DNA of 64,000 bases from Bdellovibrio sp. (lineage in GTDB: Bacteria > Bdellovibrionota > Bdellovibrionia > Bdellovibrionales > Bdellovibrionaceae), in contig JAKFCY010000002.1 in the NCBI GenBank assembly GCA_036676395.1, positions 736,001 to 800,000 on the forward strand, given 5' to 3'. The translations under genes were made by a program, and so were the position numbers. Numbering within the stretch: the first letter of the stretch is position 1; every line of letters starts with the position of its first letter. The notes beneath the pieces are model-generated. The model saw only the letters and a list, made by a program, of their open reading frames with translations, had not been told where the DNA came from and ran no database searches. Positions 18,423-30,300 of the stretch are shown piece after piece.

Positions 18423-20060
18423 ATGAGATTGTTTGCAGCGAAATCGACTACAGTCATTGTGACACTAATTATGATGGCTATTGTAAGCCTTGGTGTTAGC
18501 GTAAATGCGCGGCCCAGTCTGCAGTGCGTGCAGTTGTTCGATTATGAGACACCTGAAGCCCGGTTTGAATTTATTCCTGAAAATGTAAGACTGACGCGCA
18601 AATCAGAGTCTATCTTTGTTGATTATGTTTTTAATGTTAACGGTTATCCGCGCTTAAAAACAACAGAACTTGCCACGGATTATTCAGAAGTAATCGATGC
18701 TAATTTACAGAGTGGGCGCGAGTTTTTGAACTCAATTTTGTCGAATAAAAAATTTCATAAACCTAACGGAAGCTACATCTTTATTGATGTGAATAATCTG
18801 GGTTGGGTGAATAAAAACTTTCATGACAAAACTCAGGCTGGCGATTCATATCTTTATAAGACTATTGATGCGATTCAGGCAGTGATTGGTGATAAAGGAT
18901 TAGTTTTTCGTCTCGGTGGTGATGAATTTGGTATTGTCTTAGAAACCAAAGCGCCAGAAGAAGTGCAACACATTATGCAATCCTTGCAGCGTGAAATCCA
19001 TGCTAAAGCGCATTCTGTCTTTTTGGCAGAAACTAAAAGACGGGTTACTGACTTTCGGGCGATTTACCAAAAGCGCAAAGACGACCAGATGAGCGAAGCC
19101 GAATATCAAGTGGCTCTTCAGGAATTCAGAACTTATACATCTTATTCGCAAGAAGGCGTTTCAATGGGAGCCGCTTATATTGACGGAAGCACGCCTGTCG
19201 AGATTCAAAATCGTGCAGAAAAAATGGCCGTTGAAATGAAAATTAAAATCAAGCAGGCTTTTAATCTCGATACGGCTAAATACACCGGTGGCTTAAATTT
19301 GTCAGATTCTACTAAAAAAATTAAAACAGGATTCAGACCGGAAATTCCGGCGATTATGCCGCGTTCAGAGTTTGATCAAGCTTACCCGCAAGCCTTTAAA
19401 TCTGATACTTTGCGAGTTAAAGATCGCCCCGTGTGGTTTTCGACAACACCCCTGGTGCAATCGCAGAGAGCACAGGAAGTCTTTCGCCTGGGGCAACTGG
19501 GAATCGGTAAATATAAAAACGAACTTAAGTCTGAAGAGTATCGGTTAGAGTATTACAATGTTAGCGGAAAAAAAATTGAGCAGACCAGGCCCATCGAAGT
19601 AAATACAAATACGGGTTTTATGGATGCCAGATCACAAGGTGCTAAAATTGTAATTAATCATTTTCTGAAACGCACGGAGCGCCTTGATGCTAATAATGGA
19701 ACAATTTGGGTCAGTTTATTAAATTTAGGAAAATTAAATTACTTTCATCGTAAAACCGAAACCGGTGATTTGGCTTTAGGCCTTGCTGCGAGAGCTATTG
19801 AAAAAGAACTTGTCGGCAATCATGTTGCATTTAAATATAATGGTTCAGATTTTTTCATTTTAGCTATGGGAATGTCTAAACAAGAAATCGCAGATTATAA
19901 AAAAGTTTTAGAATCAAAACTAAATTCAAATACCTTTGTAGACAAGATTTTCTTACAAGAAATTGAATACATCGAACGTACTGAAAGCGATTTCGAATTA
20001 CGTAAAACCAAAATCGAAGAGATTAAAAAACTAATGGCGCAGAAATTTAAAGTTTTCTAA
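18423..20060 (+). CDS. GGDEF-domain protein with N-terminal signal peptide/TM and a second degenerate GGDEF-like domain
   Basis: FIDVNNLGWVN...AGD...FRLGGDEF...VSMG; second copy SLLNLGKLNYF...TGD...FKYNGSDFFIL; hydrophobic N-terminus ending VNA. Confidence 0.8.
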   Translation: MRLFAAKSTTVIVTLIMMAIVSLGVSVNARPSLQCVQLFDYETPEARFEFIPENVRLTRKSESIFVDYVFNVNGYPRLKTTELATDYSEVIDANLQSGREFLNSILSNKKFHKPNGSYIFIDVNNLGWVNKNFHDKTQAGDSYLYKTIDAIQAVIGDKGLVFRLGGDEFGIVLETKAPEEVQHIMQSLQREIHAKAHSVFLAETKRRVTDFRAIYQKRKDDQMSEAEYQVALQEFRTYTSYSQEGVSMGAAYIDGSTPVEIQNRAEKMAVEMKIKIKQAFNLDTAKYTGGLNLSDSTKKIKTGFRPEIPAIMPRSEFDQAYPQAFKSDTLRVKDRPVWFSTTPLVQSQRAQEVFRLGQLGIGKYKNELKSEEYRLEYYNVSGKKIEQTRPIEVNTNTGFMDARSQGAKIVINHFLKRTERLDANNGTIWVSLLNLGKLNYFHRKTETGDLALGLAARAIEKELVGNHVAFKYNGSDFFILAMGMSKQEIADYKKVLESKLNSNTFVDKIFLQEIEYIERTESDFELRKTKIEEIKKLMAQKFKVF

Positions 20061-20061
20061 A

Positions 20062-21390
20062 TTATTCTACGACGCGAAATAAAGTTTCCATTTCAACCGA
20101 AGTCATCTGATATTCATTTTCAAAAACTCTACTGATCACGTCAGGTGGATTTTTGCTTGTTTGGCGTAAGCAAATCAAAGATTGATTAATCAATTCTATG
20201 CGCGGTGTTGAATCGCTGAGCGGCGAACAAAAAACACCTTCAAAAGAGCTGCGCAAATGTGAATAAAGTTCTGTAGAATACTTTTTTGAAACAATATCTA
20301 ACCACTGTGCATAAGAAAAGCTTTCGCCAGTGCGCTCCGGACGCAGTCCAATCGCTGAGTTCGAATAGTCATGTGAAGATTCACGCGCTGTTTGGTGATA
20401 AGTATTTTGGTAACGCGGGATGCGGTCATCACCGGCAATCATACTTAAGCCAGCATTCACTTCTTGAGTGATTACCGTTGCGTAATAAGGATAACTGCGG
20501 CTTTCGTTGACCGTTTTCGTGGTGCCGTCAGAAAGTTTTGTAACAACGGGCTCAGAGTAATGGTGGGTACGGTATTCTTTAAAACGATTTTCGTTAAACT
20601 GGTAATTACCAGTTGTTGTGAACTCTAAAGATTTTTTTGAGTTTTTGTCAAACCAGCCAGTTTTAACAAATTGTTCATTCGTGTTTTTATCTAAAGTTTG
20701 AATTAAAGCTACCGGCAGGGGAGTTTGAAACTGCTCTTTGGTAAGGATTGTAATGTCTTCGTAAAGCGGAGAATTAGCTTTAGCAATCGAAGCTTTTTGA
20801 GACGCGTAACTGCACCATTTGGCAATCAGCTGATTGTAAAAATAAGTTTTACTGGAAGTCGTGCTGCTTTTTTCTAAACAGAATTTTTTTGCATGAGTTT
20901 TGGCGTCGTTAAAAGCCAGGTCAAAAGTTTTACGGCGAGATTCTGGAAACAAAATTTTATATCTTTCAATTAAATATAAAACGCGTAAATGGCGCTGGCG
21001 TTGGTTAAGACTATAAACTTCAGAACGCAAAGTTTTATAGGCCTCATCGGCTTCTTCATTTTGTGTAAAGGCCACAGCTCCTGTCGGAAATAAGCCCCAT
21101 GCATTTTCGCGCTCTATGGTTTTACGTAAAAGTTCTAAGCTTTCTTGGTTGTTGTTTGCCAGGCGGGCCATGCGCACGCGGATTAAAGTCTGATCAATAA
21201 CCCCTTCACGAGCTTTTTTTAAGCCTACTTGGTAATCACTGTCTTTAGGATCTTTGATGACAAGTTCATCCATAATGACCAGAGCTTCATCAAAATTACG
21301 TTCGGCCATCAAATTTTGGGCTTTTTTAAACTGGGTCGTGCATGAAGTGGCTACAAATAGAACAAAGGTCAAAGCTGTTAGATTTTTCAT
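20062..21390 (-). CDS. Hypothetical lipoprotein with TPR-like N-terminal helices
   Basis: Lipobox-like FVATS-C; helical N-terminus followed by a beta-rich C-terminal region. Confidence 0.6.
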   Translation of the reverse strand: MKNLTALTFVLFVATSCTTQFKKAQNLMAERNFDEALVIMDELVIKDPKDSDYQVGLKKAREGVIDQTLIRVRMARLANNNQESLELLRKTIERENAWGLFPTGAVAFTQNEEADEAYKTLRSEVYSLNQRQRHLRVLYLIERYKILFPESRRKTFDLAFNDAKTHAKKFCLEKSSTTSSKTYFYNQLIAKWCSYASQKASIAKANSPLYEDITILTKEQFQTPLPVALIQTLDKNTNEQFVKTGWFDKNSKKSLEFTTTGNYQFNENRFKEYRTHHYSEPVVTKLSDGTTKTVNESRSYPYYATVITQEVNAGLSMIAGDDRIPRYQNTYHQTARESSHDYSNSAIGLRPERTGESFSYAQWLDIVSKKYSTELYSHLRSSFEGVFCSPLSDSTPRIELINQSLICLRQTSKNPPDVISRVFENEYQMTSVEMETLFRVVE

Positions 21391-21518
21391 CGAAATTCCT
21401 TATGCTAATAGGGTAATCGTTATGAGCTGAAAAGCGCAATTCTAATGCTTGGCATCCTGCGCCGAAGTGTGTGATTCGAGTCTCGACTCTACAGAGTCGT
21501 TTGGGTAATATTCTGCCT

Positions 21519-23027
21519 ATGAAAAAATTTGTAATTGATGGAAAATCGATCACCCTAAATTCGTTGTATTCTATGGTTTATGAAGCCGGCACTTTTGAGC
21601 TATCAGCAGACGCCAAAGCTGAAATTAAAAAATCTCGCGACTACATCGAAGGCCGTATTCAAAAAGGTGAAGTGATGTACGGAGTGAACACAGGCTTTGG
21701 GGCTTTTTCTTCAATTCGAATTTCAGATTCGCAAATTGAACAACTTCAAGTAAATCTGATTCGCTCACACTCTGTCGGCATCGGCGAACCGTTTACTAAA
21801 GAACAATCTAAAGCAATGATGATCTTGCGCGCGAATACCTTAGCCCGTGGTTTCAGTGGTATCCGTCTTGAAACTGTAGAAAAGATTTTAGAATTTTTAA
21901 ATAATGATTTAGTTCCTGTAATTCCATCACAAGGTTCAGTTGGAGCTAGCGGAGACTTGGCGCCGCTTTCGCATTTAGCTTTAGCTTTAATTGGTGAAGG
22001 CGAAATCTGGGGTGGAAGTTACAAAAACATTACTCCGTTGGTTTTAAAAGCTAAAGAAGGCTTGTCGTTAATCAACGGCTGCCAGGTGATGACCGCGGTT
22101 GGGATGTTAGCCCTATATGACGCGAAACAATTATTAAAAATTGCTGATATTTCTGGGGCCACTTCTTTAGAAGGCCTTCGCGGTTCGCGTAGGCCTTTTG
22201 ATCCCCTAATAGCAGCGACTCGCCCACATTACGGCGAAGCGCCGACAGCGAAAAATTTATTACGCGTGATGGGTGAAAAATCTGAAATTTCTGAATCGCA
22301 TGCTGAAAATGATCCACGCGTGCAGGATGCTTATTCGCTTCGTTGCATGCCAGCTGTTCATGGTGCAGCTAAAATGGCACTTGAATACTGTGAACGCGTA
22401 TTAACGACCGAAGCCAATTCTGCAACCGATAATCCATTAGTATTTGCCGCTGCCGGTAAAATTTTATCGTGCGGTAATTTTCACGGCATGCCCGTTGCGC
22501 ATGCGATGGATTTCGCAGCGATTGCGGTTTCGTCATTAGCCAGTATTTCACATGAACGCATTTCTAAATTTATCTCGACACAAATGTCAGAGCTTCCACC
22601 GTTCTTGGCTCCGAATGGTGGTTTGAATTCAGGCCATATGATTGTGCAAGTGGCATCAGCTAGCTTAGTCAGTGAAAATAAAGTATTGGCTCATCCAGCC
22701 AGTGTTGATTCAATGCCGACTTCAGCAGAAAAAGAAGACCATGTGTCTATGGGTACAATTGCGGCTCGTAAATTTGCTAAAGTCGTTGAAAATGCGCAAA
22801 ATGTTTTTGCCATGGAATTCTTATCAGCGACGCAAGCCTTAGATATGCTTGCTCCGCTTAAGCCTGCTGAAGGCGTAAAAGTGGCTTTCGATACAATTCG
22901 TTCTGAAGTGCCTTTTGCCAGAGAAGATCGTATTTTTGCAAAAGATGTGGCTAAAATCAAAGCGATGATTATTTCTGGAAAAATCGTCAAAGCGGTAGAA
23001 GCTGAAATCGGAGAGCTGTCATGCTAA
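21519..23027 (+). CDS. hutH: Histidine ammonia-lyase
   Basis: YGVNTGFG, MIO-forming GSVGASGDLAPL, KEGLSLING, QDAYSLRC, GNFHG, EDHVSMG. ATG 21519 preferred as start. Confidence 0.97.
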   Translation: MKKFVIDGKSITLNSLYSMVYEAGTFELSADAKAEIKKSRDYIEGRIQKGEVMYGVNTGFGAFSSIRISDSQIEQLQVNLIRSHSVGIGEPFTKEQSKAMMILRANTLARGFSGIRLETVEKILEFLNNDLVPVIPSQGSVGASGDLAPLSHLALALIGEGEIWGGSYKNITPLVLKAKEGLSLINGCQVMTAVGMLALYDAKQLLKIADISGATSLEGLRGSRRPFDPLIAATRPHYGEAPTAKNLLRVMGEKSEISESHAENDPRVQDAYSLRCMPAVHGAAKMALEYCERVLTTEANSATDNPLVFAAAGKILSCGNFHGMPVAHAMDFAAIAVSSLASISHERISKFISTQMSELPPFLAPNGGLNSGHMIVQVASASLVSENKVLAHPASVDSMPTSAEKEDHVSMGTIAARKFAKVVENAQNVFAMEFLSATQALDMLAPLKPAEGVKVAFDTIRSEVPFAREDRIFAKDVAKIKAMIISGKIVKAVEAEIGELSC

Positions 23028-24151
23028 AATGGATTTTTGGTTTATCGATATTAGGACAAACTGTTGTTGCTAGCCCGATGAATGAGATTCTTACAGCTCA
23101 GTATTTAAAAAAGAAAAAATCATTTATCTATTCGCCATTAAGCCTAGATGTCGCGTTATCAATGACGGCTGAAGGTTCAGCCGGTGAAACGCGTAAACAA
23201 TTTAAAAAGATTTTAAAATTACCGAATGCTGAAATTTATAAAAAACTTAATGTAAAAGCGGCTGAATATGATTTCGTATCAGCGCAAAAAGTTTGGGTTA
23301 AGGCTGATTATCCTTTACTTGCACCATTTGAAAAGAATTTAAAAGAAGATTACCAATCAACTATTGAAAGAGCTGACTTTGCAACAGATCCAGCGGCGAC
23401 GGCAAAGGTGATCAATAAGTGGGTTGAAGAAAAAACAAAAGATAAAATCAAAGACTTGGTTCCGGTCAGTGCTTTAACGTCGTTGACTCGATTGGTGTTA
23501 GTTAACGCAGTTTACTTCAAAGCAAAGTGGCTTTCTGAATTCGATGCGAATTCAACTCAAGAACAAGAATTTAAAACTACGACGAAGGCTAAAGTCAAAG
23601 TTGATATGATGTTCAAAAAATTTCAAAGTTTAGAATATTTTGAAGGCAAAGGCTTTTCTGCAATTAAACTTTCGTACCAGGGCGATGACATCAGTTTTGT
23701 AGTGTTTTTACCAAAAACAGTTGGTGGTGAATTTGATAAGAATTTCTTAAAGAATATTTTAGCTGTTAAAGATGCAGATTATCAACAGACGGCAGTGAAT
23801 GTTTATTTACCAAAATTTAAATCAGAATTTTCTGCTGAAGTTGAAAAAGATTTACAAGCAGCTGGGTTAACTCTTCCGTTTGAAAAAGCTAAAGCAGATT
23901 TTTCATTAATGTCTCCTTTGGTAAAACAAAATCCGGAAGAAAACCTTTATATCAGCAAAATTTTTCATAAAGCTTTTATTGAAGTTGGTGAAAAAGGAAC
24001 TGAAGCAGCCGCCGCCAGTGCCGTAGTGATGGCCGCGATGGGTGCGGCTATGCCAATCGATAAACCAAAAGAATTTAAAGCTGACCATCCATTTTTATAT
24101 TTTATTAAACAAAAAGATCAAATTTTATTTGTTGGTTATTTTACCAAGTAG
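23021..24151 (+). CDS. Serpin (serine protease inhibitor), probably secreted
   Basis: [30 protein letters not shown], hinge [22 protein letters not shown]; short signal-like N-terminus. Confidence 0.95.
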   Translation: MLKWIFGLSILGQTVVASPMNEILTAQYLKKKKSFIYSPLSLDVALSMTAEGSAGETRKQFKKILKLPNAEIYKKLNVKAAEYDFVSAQKVWVKADYPLLAPFEKNLKEDYQSTIERADFATDPAATAKVINKWVEEKTKDKIKDLVPVSALTSLTRLVLVNAVYFKAKWLSEFDANSTQEQEFKTTTKAKVKVDMMFKKFQSLEYFEGKGFSAIKLSYQGDDISFVVFLPKTVGGEFDKNFLKNILAVKDADYQQTAVNVYLPKFKSEFSAEVEKDLQAAGLTLPFEKAKADFSLMSPLVKQNPEENLYISKIFHKAFIEVGEKGTEAAAASAVVMAAMGAAMPIDKPKEFKADHPFLYFIKQKDQILFVGYFTK

Positions 24152-24164
24152 TCAGAGGAATCTT

Positions 24165-25811
24165 ATGCATAAAAATATTCACGCTCCCACAGGAACAAAA
24201 CTAAACTGTAAAGGTTGGTTGCAAGAGGCCGCTTATCGTATGATTCAAAATAACTTGGATCCAGCAGTGGCAGAAAATCCAGATCAGCTAGTGGTTTACG
24301 GTGGTATCGGAAAAGCTGCTCGTAACTGGGAATGTTATGATAAAATTTTAGAATCTTTAAAAGTCTTAGAAAATGATGAAACACTTTTAATTCAATCAGG
24401 AAAACCGATCGGTGTTTTAAAAACGCACGAAGATGCGCCGCGTGTATTATTAGCCAATTCAAACTTAGTTCCGAAATGGGCGACATGGGAGCACTTTCAT
24501 GAATTAGACCGTAAAGGTTTAATGATGTACGGCCAAATGACGGCAGGGTCATGGATTTACATCGGTACTCAGGGAATCATTCAAGGCACTTACGAAACAT
24601 TTGTTGAGGCTGGTCGCCAACATTTCGGTGGTGATTTAGCCGGTAGAATTATTTTAACTGCAGGCTTAGGCGGCATGGGCGGGGCGCAACCTTTAGCCGG
24701 TGTATTTGCCGGTGCTACTGTAATTTGCGTTGAAGTTGACCCGGTCAGTATCGAAAAACGTTTAAAATCAAAATATGTTGATGAAGTGGTCACTGATATA
24801 GATGAAGCTATTGCGCTGGCAAAAAAATACGCGGCGAACAAAGAAGCTAAATCAATCGCTCTTCAGGGAAATGCGGCCACTGTTTTAAAAGAAATGTTAA
24901 AGAAAAACTTCTTACCTGATCTTTTAACAGATCAAACTTCTGCGCATGATCCATTAAACGGGTACATTCCTGAAGGCTACACAGTGCAAACGGCAGCAGA
25001 TTTCAGAATCCGCGATCAAAGCGCATATTTAGAAGCGGCTTATAAATCAATGGCAAGTCATGTTGAATCTATGCTTGAGATGAAAAAACGCGGCGCTATT
25101 GTATTTGATTACGGCAATAATATTCGTGCACGTGCATTTGATGCCGGAGTAAAAAATGCTTTTGATTTTCCAGGATTTGTTCCGGCTTACATCAGACCAT
25201 TATTTTGTAAAGGCAGTGGACCGTTTAGATGGGTAGCCTTATCAGGTGATCCAAATGATATTAAAGTGACCGACGATGCGATGAGAGAATTATTTCCGCA
25301 TAAAAAAGATCTATTAAAATGGTTAGACATGGCTGAAAAGCGTATTCAATTTCAAGGATTACCTGCGCGCATTTGCTGGCTTGAATACGGTGAACGTGAA
25401 AAAGCAGGTTTATTATTAAATGAATTAGTTCGTACTGGAAAAGTAAAAGCGCCAATCGTTATTGGTCGTGATCATTTAGATTGCGGTTCTGTTGCCAGTC
25501 CAAATCGTGAAACTGAAGCCATGAAAGATGGATCAGATGCGGTGAGCGACTGGCCGATGTTATCTGCGATGGCCTTAGTGGCCAGTGGCTCGACATGGGT
25601 AGCATTACATCATGGTGGTGGTGTAGGTATGGGGTATTCGCAGCATTCAGGACAAGTGATTGTAGCCGATGGAACAGACGCTGCAGCTAGAAGATTAAAG
25701 CGCGTATTAACAACAGATCCTGCTATGGGAATTTTTCGTCATTTAGATGCGGGTTATGAATTAGCGAAAAGCGTAGCTGTTGAGCGTGATGTCAACAGCT
25801 GCTGGTTATAG
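24165..25811 (+). CDS. hutU: Urocanate hydratase
   Basis: [65 protein letters not shown] then ATG 24165. Confidence 0.98.
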   Translation: MHKNIHAPTGTKLNCKGWLQEAAYRMIQNNLDPAVAENPDQLVVYGGIGKAARNWECYDKILESLKVLENDETLLIQSGKPIGVLKTHEDAPRVLLANSNLVPKWATWEHFHELDRKGLMMYGQMTAGSWIYIGTQGIIQGTYETFVEAGRQHFGGDLAGRIILTAGLGGMGGAQPLAGVFAGATVICVEVDPVSIEKRLKSKYVDEVVTDIDEAIALAKKYAANKEAKSIALQGNAATVLKEMLKKNFLPDLLTDQTSAHDPLNGYIPEGYTVQTAADFRIRDQSAYLEAAYKSMASHVESMLEMKKRGAIVFDYGNNIRARAFDAGVKNAFDFPGFVPAYIRPLFCKGSGPFRWVALSGDPNDIKVTDDAMRELFPHKKDLLKWLDMAEKRIQFQGLPARICWLEYGEREKAGLLLNELVRTGKVKAPIVIGRDHLDCGSVASPNRETEAMKDGSDAVSDWPMLSAMALVASGSTWVALHHGGGVGMGYSQHSGQVIVADGTDAAARRLKRVLTTDPAMGIFRHLDAGYELAKSVAVERDVNSCWL

Positions 25812-25814
25812 TTA

Positions 25815-26849
25815 CTATTGCATATTCAAGCAAAGATTTTTGTCTGTCTCAACTTGAAATATTGAAGTGGCAATATCTTTACGAGTAAATCTGACGCAAT
25901 TAAATCCACGCATCAGCGGAATTTTTTGTGATGAAGCACCATGAAGTACATCGTGCCGGTTTAATACACAGTTAGCCGGATCGGCACAGTCGAGTTCATA
26001 TTTGTATAAACGAACTGGTTTAATACGTACACTGGCGCCATTGGCACCAACAGGTGGCAGGTTGTACATATACTGCGTAAAATTAGTCGGCTCAACGAGA
26101 GTGTTGAGTGGAGTAGTGATCGTGTAATTCCAGATGGCTGTATTTGATTTATCTTTAGGAATAGCTCCAGCCGAAATTTTTTGAATATCAACTATGGCTC
26201 CACTCTGTACAATTTTACCGATAAACACCGCTGGGCGCAGAGGTACTGTTGGCATGTAAGACGAACTATCGACTAAAACTAATTTGCCAAGATTGATCGG
26301 ATTCATCAGAAGCGGGTTATTTAAGTCTTTTCCCGCGCTATCTTTAGCCATTAAATAGTTATTGTAGTTAAGACCGCGGTAGGTCAATGAGGCTGGCTGA
26401 TAGATATTTGCAGGAGGTGGACCAACTTGGAAAAACGTAACTGCATCGGCAAATAATCCTTTTCCGCGCAAGTCATCAAAAGCCAAAAAGTACATAAAAG
26501 TGTTGCCACCTTTTTTAAGAGTAACTGTGCGTGATGGCGTGGTTTGACCGCGATAAAATGCTGTAGAGCGATCAGGTTCAAAATCATAAAAATTTAAATT
26601 GTTATCATCCCTAACCTTAAGGTTATTCATTGATGGCCCTGCCGCGCGCAGATCACGTAAAATTAATTTGTCTGCAAGGTTAGCCTCGATTTGGTCATCC
26701 ATTTTCTGGCTAAACATTTTTTGCATGCTATTATTGTCATTTAAAACTTGAAAAACACCTAGGCCGACAATCGAACTTAATCCAATGGCAATTAAAAGTT
26801 CGGTAATCGTTACGCCTTTATTATTGTGAATGTGCATTAGTTTTTTCAT
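25815..26849 (-). CDS. Type IV minor pilin/pseudopilin (PilW-like)
   Basis: Class III signal peptide NKG|VTITELLIAIGL; ILRDLRAAG helix; C-terminal Cys. Confidence 0.8.
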   Translation of the reverse strand: MKKLMHIHNNKGVTITELLIAIGLSSIVGLGVFQVLNDNNSMQKMFSQKMDDQIEANLADKLILRDLRAAGPSMNNLKVRDDNNLNFYDFEPDRSTAFYRGQTTPSRTVTLKKGGNTFMYFLAFDDLRGKGLFADAVTFFQVGPPPANIYQPASLTYRGLNYNNYLMAKDSAGKDLNNPLLMNPINLGKLVLVDSSSYMPTVPLRPAVFIGKIVQSGAIVDIQKISAGAIPKDKSNTAIWNYTITTPLNTLVEPTNFTQYMYNLPPVGANGASVRIKPVRLYKYELDCADPANCVLNRHDVLHGASSQKIPLMRGFNCVRFTRKDIATSIFQVETDKNLCLNMQ

Positions 26850-26851
26850 GG

Positions 26852-27301
26852 TTATTTACTCACTAAAAATTCAAATTTTTTGATTTCTGAGCCCCAGTCG
26901 GTGTGGGTAAACCAAATTGTTACTAAGTACAGATCGCTGGTGGCCTCAGTGGCCGGAGTGATCACATAACCATATCGTCCGGGACAGTTTTTACACTCTG
27001 ACAGAGGTTTGTCGTCTATATTAGACCAACCCATTTTTAAACTACTAACATTTAAAAGAGTGCTCGGGTCAGTGTATTGTAAAATCTGTGTCGTCGGTTG
27101 TTGTCTGATATTTTCAATAATTTCAGAAACGCGATCGTCTGCAGTAGATTTGGTTTCGTTGCTAATGGCAGTTTTATTTAATTGGTCAAAAGCGGTTAAA
27201 CCGCCGACCACCACAAGCGAAAGCAGAGCTACGCCCACCATCACTTCTGTGATGGTGAATCCTTTTTTAGAAACAACTGATCTTAAAAAATTAAAGCCCA
27301 T
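26852..27301 (-). CDS. Type IV minor pilin (PilV-like)
   Basis: KKG|FTITEVMVGVALL prepilin cleavage/methylation motif; CxxC. Confidence 0.82.
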   Translation of the reverse strand: MGFNFLRSVVSKKGFTITEVMVGVALLSLVVVGGLTAFDQLNKTAISNETKSTADDRVSEIIENIRQQPTTQILQYTDPSTLLNVSSLKMGWSNIDDKPLSECKNCPGRYGYVITPATEATSDLYLVTIWFTHTDWGSEIKKFEFLVSK

Positions 27302-30300
27302 AAACTCTCTCTAGCTGAATCAAGTTAAAATTGCGAATACGTTTTAAACATGAGGTGTTTGTGCTGCTTCCGATACGACCGCAATCGGGATCAACAGATG
27401 TCCAGCGTGGTGGCCCTTTGCCTTGAAGTACAAAAGTCGAACTACAGCGAATGCGGTCAGACAGTATTTGTAAACCTGGATCAGGATGCCAGAAAGGCAC
27501 GGTGCCATTATACAGCGATGAGCAGTTCGCATTATTAGCACGTCTCATAAGCGGTGGTGAGCCTGCTGATTTCATAGTGGCAACGGCAGTTTGGTTATGT
27601 ATGCTTTGCCATGTTACCCCAGCTTTTAAGGCTGATTTATCTACGGTGAAATCTTTAAGAACCATAAATGTACCGATAATTTTTAGCGGCTGCGATCTTG
27701 GTTTAATGATTAAAGTTCGACAGACATAAAAACCATTAATGATGGTAGCACTTGGTTCGATGGTACAGGTGCCACGAATTGATCCTATGCCAAATGAAGA
27801 GTAAATATTTGTATCAAAAAGCTGGTCTGAATAAACAGTTTTGTCTGGGGCTGCAAAATGCCATGAATCTACTGCAACTGAAGTAAAATCAGCAGCAGCA
27901 AATGAAGCTGGCTTGAAAGCATCCTGATTTATCCCGCCGGCAGAGTCCATACATTGTTTAATTTTTTCTTCGTAGTTGATAGCTGGGTCAAGTGGTTTGT
28001 AAGTGCCTAAGTTAATTTCGTTAGCTTGATAATCAAGGCCACGGTCGCTAAATACTAATTCATCTGCAGCGTTTATTGAAAAATTATAATGAACATTGTT
28101 CATGTCAGCTAATTTTCCGGTATTGCCATCATTTGGATTATTGGTGACTTCGTTGTTCGGACTGCGTGGACGTTTTGAATAACCGCCTTTTTTTGCGCTA
28201 AAATCCATACCTTCAATCGAAAGGTCTTTAATCGCATTGTTAGACATGCCAGTGGTTTTATATAAATCATCACTTGATCCAGAAGTGTTGTAAATCCGGT
28301 TGGTCGGTGAAATCGAAGCGTACTTAAAATATTTACCGTTAATAATTTTGATGGTTACATTTCTAAATGCAGATTGGCGTTTGCTAAAACCATTTGAAGG
28401 CTTGGTGCTAACGATCTCTAGCTGCCCCGGATTTTCATAATATTCTTTACGTAAATTATATTCTGTTAATACCGGAGTATAGTCGTCATCGAAGTATTTT
28501 TGGTAATCTTCTTTAGCGTCATCAAATCTTTTCTGTGCCCAAGCTACAGAATCATCATTGAATCGATTATCTTTTAAATCTTCATACTCATCACGGTCAG
28601 ACCAACTTGCATAAGCGCCACCCGAAGTAGGTTTTGTAGTTTCTAGTTGGGCCAAGCGAGCAGTTCTTGTGGTTAACGTTGCTGAAGTCGTACCTATTTT
28701 AGGTAGATGGGTACCGTTTAAAGTAGCTGATACTGCAGTCAAAGCATTTGCCGCCTGGTCGAATTGGTCTTTTGAATAAGCTGAAAAATTAATGGTTACG
28801 GCATGACCATCGCCCCCACTATTTTCTAAAATAGGAATTTTTAAAAAATCATCGTTACCAGGTTTAGGCCAAGTCATATTAGCCCACATTACAAGTTTAG
28901 TTCCTGAAGCTAAGTTATAAGCTGGTGCGATTGAATACCAAATATTGGATGCATCTTTGCCACCATTATCACTATACTTATTTGATATATTCATAAAAGG
29001 GGATCCCGAGAAACCAGAACAGTTAAGGCCCCCATCGCCAGAGTTTAAGCCATTGTAATTACAGTTAATGCCCCCATCGTTGTTGTTAATTTCTTGCGGC
29101 TCAAATAAATTAAGAGCATTGGGCATGGTTGAAAAAGAATAGCGAACCGTGGTTTCAGTTAAATTAGTTCCGACAGTGCCACTCATGGGAACACCGACTA
29201 AACGTGATTCTTTTGTTAAATTTAAATCACTTTGCGCGCGAAGCAGGTTAGTACAAAAAGTGATAATATCATTATTTAAAGTGGTTGAATCACTGACCCC
29301 ATTAAGTACACTTAAGCCCACATCACCTTTACCGTCAGAATCAATTCCGCGCATAAAGCCGCCAAAAGTTTTTAAATCTGTCCAGTGACGTTTTACACCC
29401 AGGGCTTCGTTAATTTTAAAGTCTGCGCCATTGTGATCTTTGATTTTACCGTTACCAATAATAACCACATCGTTAAAAGTAGCCGGCGTGTAGCTACCAG
29501 AATTGTCCATAAAAATATTCTGGTTTACGAAAATAGGCGAATTGAAAACCATGCCTACATCACTTTTTGATCCTTTGGGAATTGCCATATCGCCGTGACC
29601 AGCAATAGGCGCTGTAGCTTCGCCTAAATAAATTGAACCAGGTAAAATAAGAGTAAATGTATTGAGTTCACGCGGGTTAGAAACAAAGCTAGATATTTCG
29701 CGTAAAAATTGTTTTCCGGTGGCTGTATTCTGCCCATCGGCACCAATGACTTCTAGACCGGTTCGTACCGGTTGGCCATCCCGGCCGGTAAATTCAGTAA
29801 TGATTTGAATATAAACTTCGTCACCATTTACAGGTAAAGTCATATTGCTGATGCGTGAGACTTTGATGTTGACGCCTTTAACCAGTGGATTGCGTGTGTT
29901 TGTAAGAACACGATTTAACGGATGCGTCGCACCCATAGTTAAATTATTCAGATCCAGTGTAATGGAAAATGATTGTAACATAAAATCGACAGCATTTTTT
30001 CCGGCTAAAGTTGGAAAAAGGTTGGCGTTAGTGACCGGGTCTGTAGTTTTTCCTAAGTCTTCTAAAGTTTTCGCATATGATAACGGCATCATCAAGCGGG
30101 CGGTGCTAAATTGATTCGTAAAATTATTTACGCAGTTTTCAGGCAATTCAGGTAAAAGTTGGGCATCAAAACACCAACCTTTGCGAATGCCGTATTTGAT
30201 ATAATCCGTGATTGAGCGCAATGCTAAATTGGCGTGAATATCCTTACGTAGCTGTGATGAGAGCTTTCGTTCAGTGATAATTTTATTTGAGATAAAGTAA

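Noticed and set aside
18423..20060. Cas10/type III CRISPR polymerase or Hypr cGAMP synthase
   Set aside because: The motif is GGDEF rather than GGDD, there is no HD domain or cas gene, and the Asp of the 'GD' specificity position is retained rather than Ser.
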